Source: Camelus ferus | Lineage: Eukaryota | Direction of reading: 5' to 3' | Assembly (NCBI RefSeq): GCF_009834535.1 | Contig: NC_045696.1 | Coordinates: forward strand, 95,544,001-95,608,000 | Length of the DNA stretch: 64,000 bases | Shown: positions 12,201 to 24,764 of the stretch, in pieces | Position numbering within the stretch: position 1 is the stretch's first letter | Layout of the letters: each line of letters begins with the position of its first letter | Translations under genes and position numbers: made by a program | Notes under the pieces: model-generated | The model's database searches: none | What the model saw: the letters and a program-made list of their open reading frames with translations, nothing else | Told to the model about the DNA's origin: nothing

Positions 12201-14265
12201 TGATATTTTTACCTTGGCAATGGGAAGGGGAAAAAATGGGAGGGAACTGCCTCTCAAGGTTAACTTATGAGCAAGTTAGTTATATCCTAGGAATAAAAAA
12301 TTGGTTTAATATCACTTTATTAATAGATTAAAGAAGAAAAACAATAAGGTCATCTAATGGATTACCTCAATGAAGAAAAACATTCAACAATATATCTTTT
12401 GAAGTATGGTTGATTTATATTACATTTCAATAACACTTAAAATCAATTCATGTTAAAAATTTGTAGGAAACTAGGAATAAAAGAAGATTTTAAAAATATG
12501 ATTTGAGATTTTGAACACAATATTCATATAGGATTGAAATAGCTAAAGCTAGAAATAACCAAAATGTCTAAAATGATGCCCACTTCATCATTTGCATTCA
12601 GCATATATCTTGATATCCAAGCTAGGAAAATAAGATAAACAAAAGGGGCACATTATTTAGAAAGGAAGGAAAAAATTAACATTTTTAATAGATACTATGT
12701 CTGCCAACAAAGAAAATCAATACAGTCTCCTAATAAATCATTTGATTTAATGAGCAAATTTTAAAAGGTTACTTTAGAAAGAAAGTATCAATGTGCAAGT
12801 ATCAGTTGCCTTCCTGAATAGCAAATGTTTAATTTTTAAAAGAATAGAATTTAAAGTTAGTTATGCTACTATTGGACAATTACTTTATAACCTCAAGAAA
12901 AGTAAAAAAAAATTAAATGAAAAACAAAACAAGAACTAAAGATAAATTAAAAGATTGATAAGTTCTACTATATTGAAATAAAAACTATACGTCAAAAGAG
13001 ATCATAATATAGATGAAAAATTAGCTACTGAATGGGAGAAGATATTTTTGACATATAACTGCAAGGAATATGTCTAAACTATTAAAACAATTTCTAAATT
13101 CCTCAATAAAAAGATAACTCAATAAAAAGGACATTTCACAAAAGAAGAAATACAAATAATAAAAAATATGAAGTAATGATAAAAAGAGACACAGAAGTGG
13201 AAACTACTGCGATATGTTATTATAAATTTACCAGACTGGTTTAAAAAAGAAAAATAGACTGAATCAAGAAGTGGTAAAAATTTGGAGCAGTACAAAATGT
13301 CATAGATTATTGATAAAAGTATAACTTTGATGTTTAATTTTGGAAAACAACTGGCATTATATAAATGAGTTGAACATAGACATACCCTATGACCCAGCAG
13401 TGCTACCCCTAGTATCTGTTTAAGATAATCTCTTCTGTCTGCACTCCAGGAAACACATACAATAATGTTCATATAGGACGCAAATAGCTCAAGCTAGGAA
13501 TAACCAAAATGTCTAAAAAGAGTGGAATGGAGAAATTAATTGTGCTATATTTTTTCTGTGAAATCCTATACAGCATTAAATGGAGTTATCTATAAAAATT
13601 TTTACAAGGATGTAATGTGAAAAACAAGGCATAAAAGATGCATATGTTATGATTCTATTTTTATAATATTTATACACAGACACAACTAAGTTCTATGATT
13701 AGGAATACATGTATGAGTGATAAAACAACCAACAACAGAAATAAAATGGTTAAAAGTCAGAAGAATTGTTACCTCTGGAAGGATCAACAAGTAAAGAGCA
13801 GGAGTGGACATAATGGAGCTTCTAGAATGTTAGAAATGTTTTGAATTTTACATGAATTATAGTGACACAAGAGTTTACTTTGTAGTCATACTTCAAATTG
13901 TGCCTACATGTTTTATACTCTCCTCTGTAGTTATACCACATGAATACCTATTTCCAAGAAGAGAAAAAAAAATAATGACCCATACACCTGTGAAAAGATT
14001 CCTGACCTAATTTGTAATAACAGAAAAGAAAATCAAGTGAGATGCAATTTTACACTCACAGATTTGCAAAAACTAAAAAGTATACTGGGAATGTAAAACA
14101 GCGGTGGCAGCAGTGTGAATCTATGTAAGCACTTGGGAAAACAATTTGGTATCATCTAGCAAAGCTGATGGTGCTCACACTCCATGACTCAACACTTCCA
14201 CTATCAGGTACATTTTGTAGAGAAACTCTGACGTGCGGGAGACTTATACAAGAAAGCTAATGGCA

Positions 14266-14341
14266 GGGGGAGGGCATGGCTTAGTGGTACGGTGCATGCT
14301 TAGCATGCATGAGGTCCTGGGTTCAATGCCCAATACCTCCA

Positions 14342-14417
<76 letters not shown>

Positions 14418-14491
14418 ACCTAATTACTCCCCCCCAAAAAAACCCAAAACAACAACAACAGCAGCAAGTTAAAAAAAGAAAGAAAGAAAGA
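14266..14491 (+). mobile_element. Camelid tRNA-derived SINE with an expanded internal (AAAT)n and an A-rich tail
   Basis: 'ggggagggcatggcttagtggtac...gcatgcttagcatgcatgaggtcctgggttcaatgccc' (A and B boxes). 16-bp TSD aagaaagctaatgg(c/t)a at 14250-14265 and 14492-14507. Confidence 0.9.
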
Positions 14492-14722
14492 AAGAAAGCT
14501 AATGGTAGTGTTATAAATACAACAGCAAAACATTGGAAACAATTCATATGTTTTCCATACAACCATGGATAATCCAATGTGGTCTTCATGTAATGATGAA
14601 AAGTAATGAACTATCATTATGAGCATTAACATAGATGAATTACACAGCTGATGTAAAAAGTATGTTGTAGAAAAATACATGCAGTATGATTTCCTTTTTT
14701 TATTATTGCTCAAACAACATGG

Positions 14723-14759
14723 GACGAGGTGGCCGAGTGGTTAAGGTGATGGACTGCTA
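14723..14759 (+). pseudogene. Tail-less retropseudogene of the tRNA-Ser(GCT) 5' half
   Basis: GACGAGGTGGCCGAGTGGTTAAGGtGATGGACTGCTA matches the recalled vertebrate tRNA-Ser(GCT) 5' 37 nt with one CpG transition. Flanked by direct repeat tattattgctcaaaca (14701-14716, 14758-14773). Confidence 0.9.
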
Positions 14760-16259
14760 TTATTGCTCAAACACACATAACATGAAAATAAGTAAGCATA
14801 TATATATATACACATTTGTGGCAAAACATTAAAAGTAAGAGGTTGTTAAATATATAACAATTTAAAAAAAACTCAGTGGCGAAAAAGAGGAAATTTGACT
14901 AGAAAGTAATGCACATGGGTTTTCAATTTATGGGTAATATTCTTTATCAAGTTGTGGGGTAGCTACATGAGTGGTCACATTATTATTATTATATGCATCT
15001 TTTGTATGCTATATAGATGCATATGCTATATACACACATACACGTATGCATGATTAATGTATGCATGACACAATCCTTAGTTTACAAGAGTTAATGAGAA
15101 ACAGGAAAATAATGGGATGACACTTTGTTTATGTAAATGGAATAATCGTCAAGATAAATCAAATGAATATGTGTACAGGATGCTATGATTAGTATAAACA
15201 AAAGGGCAAAATGAGAATAAATATACATTTTGCTTATTTGTGTATGACGAACATCTTTAGGCAGTTACACAGGAAACGTAGCTGGGTTGCCACCTGAGGA
15301 ACTGGGTATTTGGATGGCACTTATGTGGGAGGCAGAATTTTCATCAAATGCCCTTCAGTAACTTTAAATTCTTGTACCAAGCAAATACATTATAATTATT
15401 ACAATAGCTACAGTTAAAATATTTTAAACAATTTATAATACCCCACCCAAATGTTCTGGTTAGAATGGGTCCTATGATATAACTAAATGAGTGGGAAAGA
15501 AGGAGAATCTAACTTATATTCTACTAACAAAGGATGAAGGCATTCTACCCCTGGCCTTCCACAGAGCAAGGAATGGGTATATTCTTTTGCTGCCAGAAAG
15601 GAAGAAGAAGTGGGGAAAGCATGCTGTGATTATTATTTTTACAAACTGCAAATGATAATCATGAAATTGAAGAATGGGACTGAATTTAGTTAATGTCAAG
15701 CCAGAAAATCACACCAAATGTCAAATTTTCAGAGACGTTCTCATTAACAACACTTATGCCAGCCACATAAATTGGTTTCCACAGAGGCCAGCCAAATTTT
15801 CCAGCAGCTACTAGCTTTATAATCTGACTTTCTAACAAAAACTAGCTTATTATATCCATGCAAAGCCCTAGGTTGAGCAACACAGAATAGCAGCAGCAAA
15901 GAACGAACATTGTGTGCCAAAGTAAATCCGTTTATTTATGATATAGCTTAATTAATTTTTGGAGACTCATATTTTCATAGGACCGTCCATGATTCTGGTA
16001 TTTTCCTTCAATTAACAATTGTGCCAAATTTGCTAAATATATAATTTAGTTGTCTAAAATTGACGAAGCCTTCATTTTAACAAAATGAGTATTTTGTAAT
16101 TTAACATTGAACTAGTAATTTAAAAAATGCCTTTAGGTAGAACAGAGCCAATTTATTCTTATTTTGCTTGTTCTTCAACTTTCTGAATTGTCACGAGGTT
16201 TGTCACTTTAAACTTTCTGAGCTAGTGTCTAAAAGGAGGTGCTCATGTTACCAATCTTG

Positions 16260-16870
16260 ACATATTATATAGCAAGTAGTCAACAAACATTTCTGTGTCT
16301 ACTATCCTGAAAACACTCTATCAAGAGGTAAACAGACATAGATGGAAAAGTACTATATAGATTGTGCTTTCCAATAGATTTGTTTGCATGTTGGCAAGGG
16401 AGGGTCCAGCTATATTGTGACTGGTCAACGAATAATAAGCAAAAGAAAAGTAAATAAATTACTTGTGGTGATATGTGTGTAGCATCTTGGGTTTATACAG
16501 AAATCCAATATTATTTGGAGCTATCTGAATTCCACAACGCTTAAGGGCAGATGGAACATTTTACCTTGATCTTGGAAGATGAGAATGTGTTTTATAAGAA
16601 AGAGGAGAAGAAGGAAGAGACTTCCAAAAAGAGTGAAGAGCATGAGCTAGCTAAGATTGGTAGTACGAAAGTAAATGAAATACCTTGAGCTATGCCTTAA
16701 ATAGCCAGTGACAGGATCACAGAGAAATGAAATAAGGTCAGACTAGGGGGCCATCGAAGTTATGCTAAGTCATTTACATTGTATTGTTGTTGTTATATCA
16801 GTTCATGGGGACCCATTAAATGTTTTTGAAGATGGTTACTTAAATATGAACAACATTTTCTGTAATAGAA
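16260..16870 (-). mobile_element. L2 LINE fragment
   Basis: 'caacaaacatttctgtgtctactat', 'gggacccattaaatgtttttga'. Confidence 0.6.
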
Positions 16871-16903
16871 GAAGTATTTAGCCAGAGTAGATTAACAAAT
16901 AGA

Positions 16904-17100
16904 TTTTTTTTTAAAAATTGTGATAAGATACACATAGCATGAAAGTTACCATCTTAACCTTTTCTAAGTGTACCTGTCAGTGACATTAATACACTCACAC
17001 CCTCATGCTGCCGTCATCACCATCCATGCACAGAACACTTTCATCTGGCAAAATGGAACTCTGTACTCATTAAATAAAAATCCCTCATTCTCCCCTCCCC
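16904..17100 (-). mobile_element. L1MB-type 3' end
   Basis: T-run then 'ttaccatcttaaccttttctaagtgtac...cagaacactttcatctggcaaaatggaactctgtac...cattctcccctcccc'. Confidence 0.8.
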
Positions 17101-18999
17101 AGATCTTTCTTTTCTAAATATGAAATAAATTAACAGATACATAAGAGGCAAAACATTTTCCCAAGGGTGTTGAGAAACATATAGGATTGAGTGAGTGAGT
17201 ATGCTTGCTGCACCCTATTCACACGTTTCTATTTTACCATCTCTTTCTAGCTAGCTAGCTAGATGATAGACATCTACACAACATACATCGTATATATAAC
17301 ACGTGTGTATGTGTGCATGTGTATATATATATCTCACATATTTTTTGGTAGATCTAAGACAGTGAAAAGGCTAAGGAAAGAATATGGCTAAATTGATCAA
17401 GTAGGGAATACATTTCATTAGCAAGATGCCCTAGAGGTTAGTTATCATGGGCTTTAACCAGTAATATTGACCATTGAATAAAATAAAATATAATGGCTTT
17501 GAACATAAAAGTATTATTTAGGCAGAATGCAAAAGGGCTGTGTTGGATGACATAGTAAGAGGGAATAGAGTCACTTTTATGGTCACCTGGCTGATGAATT
17601 GGCAGTGCCACAACCTAGGGGCAAAGGATTTAGTGTTCAGGTATAGTCCCATACAGTACCTACTAGCCATGAGCTTTTTAACTGTGCCACTACCTGAGTA
17701 GGGGCCACAATGGCTGGGGAACCAATGAATGTATCCAGTTACTTTGTTTAAACAAGCTTCTGGGGAAACAGGAGCAGACCAGGACCCTTCAAATGAGCCA
17801 GTAGTCTTCATTGAGCATACACCATGTATTCAGCCAGTTTCTAGACGTTATAGATTACATTTAAGTTTTTACAATGATGCATAGTCAGGAAGGACAAAGT
17901 TTTACATCTTACAGGAACATGTGATTGTTTCTAACCACAATATTATGATATTATGCCATGGGGAAACACAAATTTGTTTTCATGAGTTTACTACAAAATC
18001 AGCTGTCCTATATGCCTTAATTTAAAGATAATTACCTTTTTTTTTTTTTTTGGTAATTGAAAACATGAAGAAGAACATTATAAAATACCCCAAAGTAAAC
18101 AAATCCAGTTGGCAGAGTAAATTAGATTTGATTTACATGAGATTTTATATGCTTAGAGATTTTGGTTTGAAAGAAACTACATTCTTTGAATCCTAAAACA
18201 ATTTTAGTTCATTTTATTTCTCATGTTTGCCTAATACTGACTTCATTGCTTTTTATTGCTATCATCAACTACCTTGAGCCTTTAAAAAGTTGCATTTTTA
18301 TATCTCTTATGGTCATTAGACTTTCTAAAAGAAGAATTCAATTCTACTCGGTAGAAGATGGGTTGGTGATCTATAAATTATGTTGCAATAATTTCATTTT
18401 GTGAAAAATGTAATAATGAAAATCATTCTTATTCGATTGGAATATCATGGTTGTTAATAGCCATTTTGTGTTCCTGAACCTGAGGGTGACATTCCAGTGT
18501 GACCACGTAATTCCTATACTGGAACGGACTTGAATCAACCATTTAGGAGTAAACTGAGTGGAGGAAGGGCTGGGCAGGGTGTGGGAAATTCTAGCTGCCA
18601 AAGTTTTGGGATTGTTGCCTTTAACATCACATGAACAAGAGAAAAATAACTCTGGGCTCTCTTCTTTGTTTGTTCATCAAATCACAATTTCCAAGCCAAG
18701 TTTCTTAAAATGAGTTCATATTTTAGTTATACTTTGCTTATTGTCTTTATCAGAAACAGAAGCAACTTAATGTAGTAGCCTCTAAATTTTCAGTTAAAGC
18801 CCAGCAACCCTCCTTATTACAGAACGTTCACGGCTAATCACTGATGGTTTGGCAATGGTTTTATACATTTTTGTTGTTGTTTTGAAGTACTGGTATAAGG
18901 AGATTTGGTTCCTTTCAGAAAACTGTGAACAAGACAGGCACTTTTTCCAGATAAGCCCACGTATGTATACACATTCACAATCATGTATTATATCAAAGA

Positions 19000-19430
19000 G
19001 TTCATACATCTCCTGGATTATATCAACATACCCCTAATTTAGAACCTGAAGCTTGAAGCACCAAGCTACCCTGTACAACTAGATCATCTCCTGTCTTAAT
19101 CTCTCCTCCCACTATTTTATAAAATTAAGCTTCTGCTCAAGTCGGTATGATTTCCTTACTGTCTCCAAAACAAATCATATTGAAATCTACCTACACTCTA
19201 ATGCTGCCATCCTCCCTGGACCTTGGATAAACTTTGTTTCTTCTCCTTTAATCCCAGGTTCTAGAGGATCAAAGTTGAAATTAGTCTTTCCAAGAAAAAA
19301 AATATTCATGATATAAGCCCACAGTGAATTCTCCCTTCTCCGCAATTTTAATTTGTGACACACTACTTTAATACAGTATCTCTTAAAGTAGTAGTATTTT
19401 CCTGGGTGTGTGGTGGATGCCCTCAAGATT
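19000..19430 (+). mobile_element. L2 fragment, continuing after the L1 insertion to ~19700
   Basis: Pyrimidine-rich L2 3' motifs; 'gactgtgaactcc' resumes after the insertion. Confidence 0.5.
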
Positions 19431-19434
19431 GTGA

Positions 19435-19648
19435 GATGTGCAAATGTTAGCCACTATACATAAAAATGTATTTTTTAAAAAAGTTTCTTTGTATAGCACA
19501 GGGAACTATGTTCAATATCTTGTAATAAACTGATGAAAAAAGTATGAAAATGAATATATGTGTGTATATGCATGACTAGGAAATTGTGCTGCACACCAGA
19601 GACTGACACATTGTAACTGACTGTACTTCAAAAAAAAAAAAAAGAAAA
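19435..19648 (+). mobile_element. Young camelid-type L1 3' UTR, heavily 5'-truncated, with poly(A)
   Basis: 'tgtatagcacagggaactatgttcaatatcttgtaataa...tgcatgact...cattgtaactgactgtacttc(A)n'; imperfect TSD aagattgtga/aggactgtga. Confidence 0.85.
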
Positions 19649-20309
19649 AGGACTGTGAACTCCAGTAGCACAGAGTTATACTTCACATTTGGATCCTCTC
19701 AGTCAGAAGCCACCCAATGAAGAAAGACGCTGCTGGGATGTTATGACTTCATTGTGAAGTGGCCTCTTTAGGAGGGCTAGCTGTGGCAATAGTCTAGCCG
19801 TATGTCACCCTAGCAATTGTCTTGTTTTACCTTATGATTATTTTAATTTCATAGCTAATTTCCCCCCCTCTTTGTTTGCTAGAAGCCCAGAGCCAAATTG
19901 GTGGAATTTTAGCAGCAGTATAAGGCTTCAATGGCATGTTTTCATTTTGTTTTACCACATTTTATTTTCCTTTTATGAAAATTTCTTCATGGTGTTTATC
20001 TTCTGATAATACATTAATGTTTCTGAAATTATCTAAATGTCCTTCTTGGGAAAGTCAGAAAAACCCACAGTAAATAAAATATATTATTTGCTTTCACCAC
20101 TGTGTTATGGCAATGCTTGAAGAGGAAGAATAGTTAACCAAAGATGAGGTGAGGAAGGAAACAAGGAGGGAAGAAGGAAAGGAGGATAGGAGAGAGGGAG
20201 GGAGGGAGGAAGGAAGATATACATAGATTGGAGTATTAGTTTTACTAATTTCAAAAGGAATAATTTTAATTAGTGGGTTATAATAATTGGATTAAAATAG
20301 TAATTTCCC

Positions 20310-20525
20310 ATCTCAGACATTCTCCATCCCTCATTCCTGTTTCATTTGTCTTTATAGCGCTTATACCTGTCATATCTCTATTCGCTCTTTGTTCATCTCT
20401 GTATCCTCCTACTGGAATAACAGCTCCATGAAGGTAAGAGTTTGTTTTGTTCCTCACATTTCCCCACAAACTGTTACAGGGCAGGGTCCCAATTAAGTAT
20501 CCAAAGTATGGAATGAATGAATAAT
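20310..20525 (+). mobile_element. L2 3' end
   Basis: 'cctcctactggaataacagctccatgaaggtaagagtttgttttgttc...gaatgaatgaat'. Confidence 0.75.
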
Positions 20526-21369
20526 AAAATCACAATATCATATGGATACAGGGTCAAAATAGTCTTACCAAACTGGAAATGTTCATCTTCTAGTTCTGTG
20601 TGTCCCAATACCAGTTTTGTGAATTTGGCTCACTTATAATATCTTCCAACTTTATTTCCTTCTTTTATTTCCCTCTTGATGATTTTTGGCTTAGATGAAG
20701 TATAAGATGTAATGCCAAGTCCTTTTCTCAAATTTTATTAATAAAGATTTTTAAAGAGTGTTTATTAATCAGTTAGAATCCCTGGGAATAAGGATTGTTT
20801 CTGAAAATTTCTCAGATTATCTTTTGTAGCCCTTCTGAAAAGGCATTTATTTCTAGGTCAAGAATATCTTTTTCCCCCCATTTTGTAAAGATTACAAAGT
20901 TTCCTACATGCAGGTCTGCAAACTTAAATTGATAAGACAGAACTTAACAGCTTTATTCTGTGACAATTTTGAATGAGTAACTATTTTTGATTTGAAGGAT
21001 ATTAGCAATGGCTCTGAGTGTAATGAGAATCTCTTAGGTTATGAAGTCAGGTAAGTGGACATGGATCAATTATTTGATGATTCTATGAATGAGGACAGCT
21101 GTGTTCTAAAGCTAGGGTGTGAACGATGCACATTTACAATTCCTTTCCATTACTGGTGCCCTTTCACCATTTGCTTCCATTATCTTCACATTTCTTCAGT
21201 TCTTTTCCCCCACAGCTTTATACAATAACAGTCTGATCAGGTTCTGTTTTGTACATGTTCTCCAAAAATTTCATCATTTTGAACCCATTTTCATAGCAGG
21301 AAGTAAATGAATTCTTTTCAGGACAAAGACATATGAGGTAAGTCATATTTAGTCTCTAAAAGTCCTGCA

Positions 21370-21790
21370 TTTTGTCCATTTATATCAACATTCTTCCGCA
21401 TTTACTATGTGCCAGGCTCTAAGGGGGCCCTGGAGGTGAACAAGCCCTTACGGAGCTTAATATAGTGGGAAGAACAGACATACACATGTCAGAATTTCAT
21501 AGCTAAGGTGATGAAGTGGCAGTGAGCACAATGTGGAGCACAGAGGAAACAGGGACAAAAGCCAGCATCTGTTGAAGTAAGGGAATGGAGCAGAAAAAGG
21601 AGAACTTGCAAGGTCACAAAAGAGCTTAGGGGCATAAGAGATCACACTGTGCTGAGTAGGAATTATGGCTAAAAATGCATGTTGTAGCCAGAATGTGAAG
21701 GGCTTGCTTTCCACATTAAGCTATATGTAATTTTCCTTCTGGATAAGGAGAGTATTCAGTGGTCTTCTAGTACCGAAATGTCAAGACATC
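21370..21790 (-). mobile_element. L2 fragment
   Basis: 'tttactatgtgccaggctct...gcccttacggagcttaatatagtgggaagaacagac'. Confidence 0.75.
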
Positions 21791-22081
21791 AGCCCCATCC
21801 ACAGCTGTTGGTCAGTAACTACTGAGACTGTAGGCTTAATTGTGAATATTTAATGTAGTGAAATGACCTCAGATATCAAAGGAAAGATAATTATATATTT
21901 TAAATATTTTTGTATGAAAATCAATAAAAGGAAACAACTTATATATAAAATTCATTTAATCATTCAATGAATTAATTGTACACAAGAGAATACAATGAAG
22001 ATTGAGTTTCCCTCCTGTTCAGACTCTAATCCATCTCCTCAGAGATTACTGTTAGCAGCTTTTTATAATTTCTCACCCTCG

Positions 22082-22291
22082 TTTTTTATTGAATTATAGT
22101 TGATTTACAACACTGTATTCATCTCAGGTGTACAACACAGTGATATTTTTAAAGATTATACTCCATTTAAAGTTATTATAGAATATTGGCTACATTGTCT
22201 GTTGCTGTACAGTATATCCTTGTAGCTTATTTATCTTATACATAGTAAGTTGTACCTCTTAATTCCCTATCTCTGTCTTGGCCCTCCCCCC
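22082..22291 (-). mobile_element. Young L1 3' end (same family as 45185-48835)
   Basis: 'ttttttattgaattatagttgatttacaac...ttatactccatttaaagttattata...ctgtacagtatatccttg'. Confidence 0.85.
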
Positions 22292-22618
22292 AAATTTTAA
22301 AATATATAAAATCATATGCAACTTCCAGTATTGTATCATGAGGTATTCCATGGCCCAGAAACTAAGCAAAGTTGGCTAAACTATTAAAAAAAATTAAAGC
22401 CTATAAAAAAGCCTCTAAGGTCTTATATCAAATGAAGAAATATTTCTTCAAGAAAATGTACTAAAATTAGATAAGAACAAAGAGAATCTGTGGCATTTAA
22501 GGCACAATCCTTCTCCTCTCTCTTCCCCATCTCGGCTCAACATGACTCCTGCCCAGTCTTCTCCGGGCAGGTGTGAGTGAGAACATGGAGTTCCCATGAC
22601 TGAAAAATGCTCTGAGTG

Positions 22619-23000
22619 TGTATTAGTCAGCTCAGGCTGCCATAACAAATACCATAGACTGGGTGGCTTAAACAAGAGAAATTTGCTTTCTCCCCGTTCT
22701 GGAGGCTGGGAAGTCCAATGTTAGGGCACTGCTTGGGTTAATTTCAGATGAGGTGTCTCTTCCTGACATCTCACTATGTCTTCACATGGCCTGTCCTCTG
22801 TGATGTGCTGATAGAGAGAGAGATCTCTGTCGTCTCTTCCTCTTCTTATAAGGACACCAGCCCTACCTGAGTAGGCCTCCAGTCTTATTACATACTTTAA
22901 TCTTTATTACCTCCCTAAGGGACCTATCTCCAAATACTGCCACATTGGGTATTAGGGCTTCAACATATGAATTTGGGGGGACAAAATTCAGTACACAACA
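22619..23000 (-). mobile_element. MaLR solo LTR (MLT1A-like)
   Basis: 'tgtattagtcagctcaggctgccataacaaataccatagactgggtggcttaaac...gcttcaacatatgaatttggggg...aattcagt'. Confidence 0.9.
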
Positions 23001-23793
23001 GTCACAAAGGACCAAACAGCTCCATAAAGCAACATGACTCAGACTTGTTTATGTTTCAAATGGCCGAAGAGAGTCAAGTCTCAACAGCCTGTAAGTCATT
23101 TTGTATCTTTGATAAAATTTAAAAATCTGTTTTAAATGTTGCTATATAGTTGTCTCTTCTACCTAATTCCCAAGTTCTGAGAGAAACTCCACATATTGAG
23201 TATATTCAATTGTCCAGACATTATTTATTCTCTGTCTATGTTTAATCCATCCTGAAGCAATGAGTGCAGGCTTCAAAGCTCAACTGCTATAAAGTTGGCT
23301 AATAATTGCTTCTTGGTGCTTGACTGGAGTTATTCTTGGTTTGCTAATTAATCATGTTTCCAATTACCCAAGGTTAAAGTTTGGATCCTGAATGATGGTA
23401 AATTCACCAAGACAAGTGTGATCTTGCAGGTCCTTATTAAGGTGGTCAATCCCTCTTTTCCAAACTATACTTATTCATTTTACTATATATAATTAAAGTT
23501 ATTGATTCCTGTCCAATTTAAGCTAATTAAAAATTCCAGAACCAGGTAGACTTTATCTCAGGCTACTTACAATAATTATCAGGTATATTATCAGCCCTAT
23601 TGTAAAATAACCTCATACTATAATCTTTATAATATAATGAAATATAAAAATTTTTCAGAATATTGGTAATTATAAGTAACACCTTGATTTTCCAAAAGGG
23701 TATTCTGGAAACTGACCTCAGATGACTATAATGTATAAGTCTGGCAAAATACTAGATGGATTGTCCCAAAACATTCATCAAAACAAAACTTAC

Positions 23794-23853
23794 CTGATAC
23801 ACACAAAAACAAATTAAGAAGTCCTAAAATGGGGAATAACAAGAGCAGAATCT
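23794..23853 (-). other. Candidate 60-nt phase-1/phase-1 exon encoding a hydrophobic signal-peptide-like segment xILLLLFPILGLLNLFLCVSx
   Basis: Minus strand: 'cattgtgtttacttcctag|AGATTCTG...GTATCAG|gtaagt'. No partner exons identified. Confidence 0.35.
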
Positions 23854-24764
23854 CTAGGAAGTAAACACAATGACCACTTGATCACTCAGGAATAGTACAG
23901 AATAAGATAAAATAATTAGGAGCGATAAGTTGATAGATACTACCTTTTAAGATATTAAGGAAGTGGTCCATGTGTTATTTAATGTTATTTAACTTAATCC
24001 CAAAAGGGGGGGGGGGATATGAGAAAAACTGATATTCAAGAAATCAACTGATGGAGTATTGGGTGAGAATTACTATCATTATTATTATTGTAGGCCTACT
24101 AAATGCCAGGCTAGAATGGCCTAAGAAAACTTAGGCTAAATCAAAAGGTTCTTAACAGGTCAAATATAAGATAAAATGCAAGAAAGAAAGAAAGAGGGGA
24201 AAAGCCCAGAGTTTATATATGTGTGTGTGTGTGCATCTCAAAGCCATTGGAAGCGATGTCAGTATTCATGGAATTGTAAAACCTGAGTCTAGAGTTGTAA
24301 TTATCCCACACCGCTTTGGGTAAGAACCCACCTTGGGAGGGCTATGTGAGATTCTTAGTGCTGTATTTTCAGAAGACACTGAGACTGCTGTTTGTGTAGA
24401 GAGTGGTGAAAAAACGGGACCATTTTACAGGAGCAATAGTGAATAGATCTAATAATATTTCATCTTGAAATGAGATAGTTTTCAGTTAAATATGATAGTT
24501 GATTTAATGAATTTAAAATATTTGAAGGATTAGTATTATGGGCACTGCATTAAAATTCTCCACCTAGTAACAACATGTTTGTCTAGCAATCTAGCTGATT
24601 TCTGTAGACTCCTCCAAGAGTAATATTTTACAATTCTAAAAGTTAAGGGATACAATTAATCTGTGAAAAATCATTGGAAATTACAAGGACTAAGTTTTGG
24701 AAATAAGGCAGTTTTGAACAAGTGTAAAAACTTTCCTAATAGAAATATGATGCAGATGGGTAAG

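Larger units (their letters stand above)
10930..15420 (+). mobile_element. Composite of old L1 (L1ME/L1M-type) fragments, interrupted by a SINE and a tRNA-half retrocopy
   Basis: A-rich with L1 ORF2/3'-end motifs: 'gagcaatttggcaatacc', 'cataccctatgacccagcagtgctacccctag', 'ggaaaacaatttggtatcatctag'. Confidence 0.75.

Noticed and set aside
14323..14713. ORFs with FIYL and poly-C/L repeats
   Set aside because: Translations of the SINE's (AAAT)n and tail microsatellites.
15868..15930. Minus-strand 'QCSFFAAAILCC' as a possible defensin mature exon for the 23.8-kb signal-like exon
   Set aside because: Lacks the three upstream cysteines and a good acceptor; the C-x8-CC spacing is atypical.
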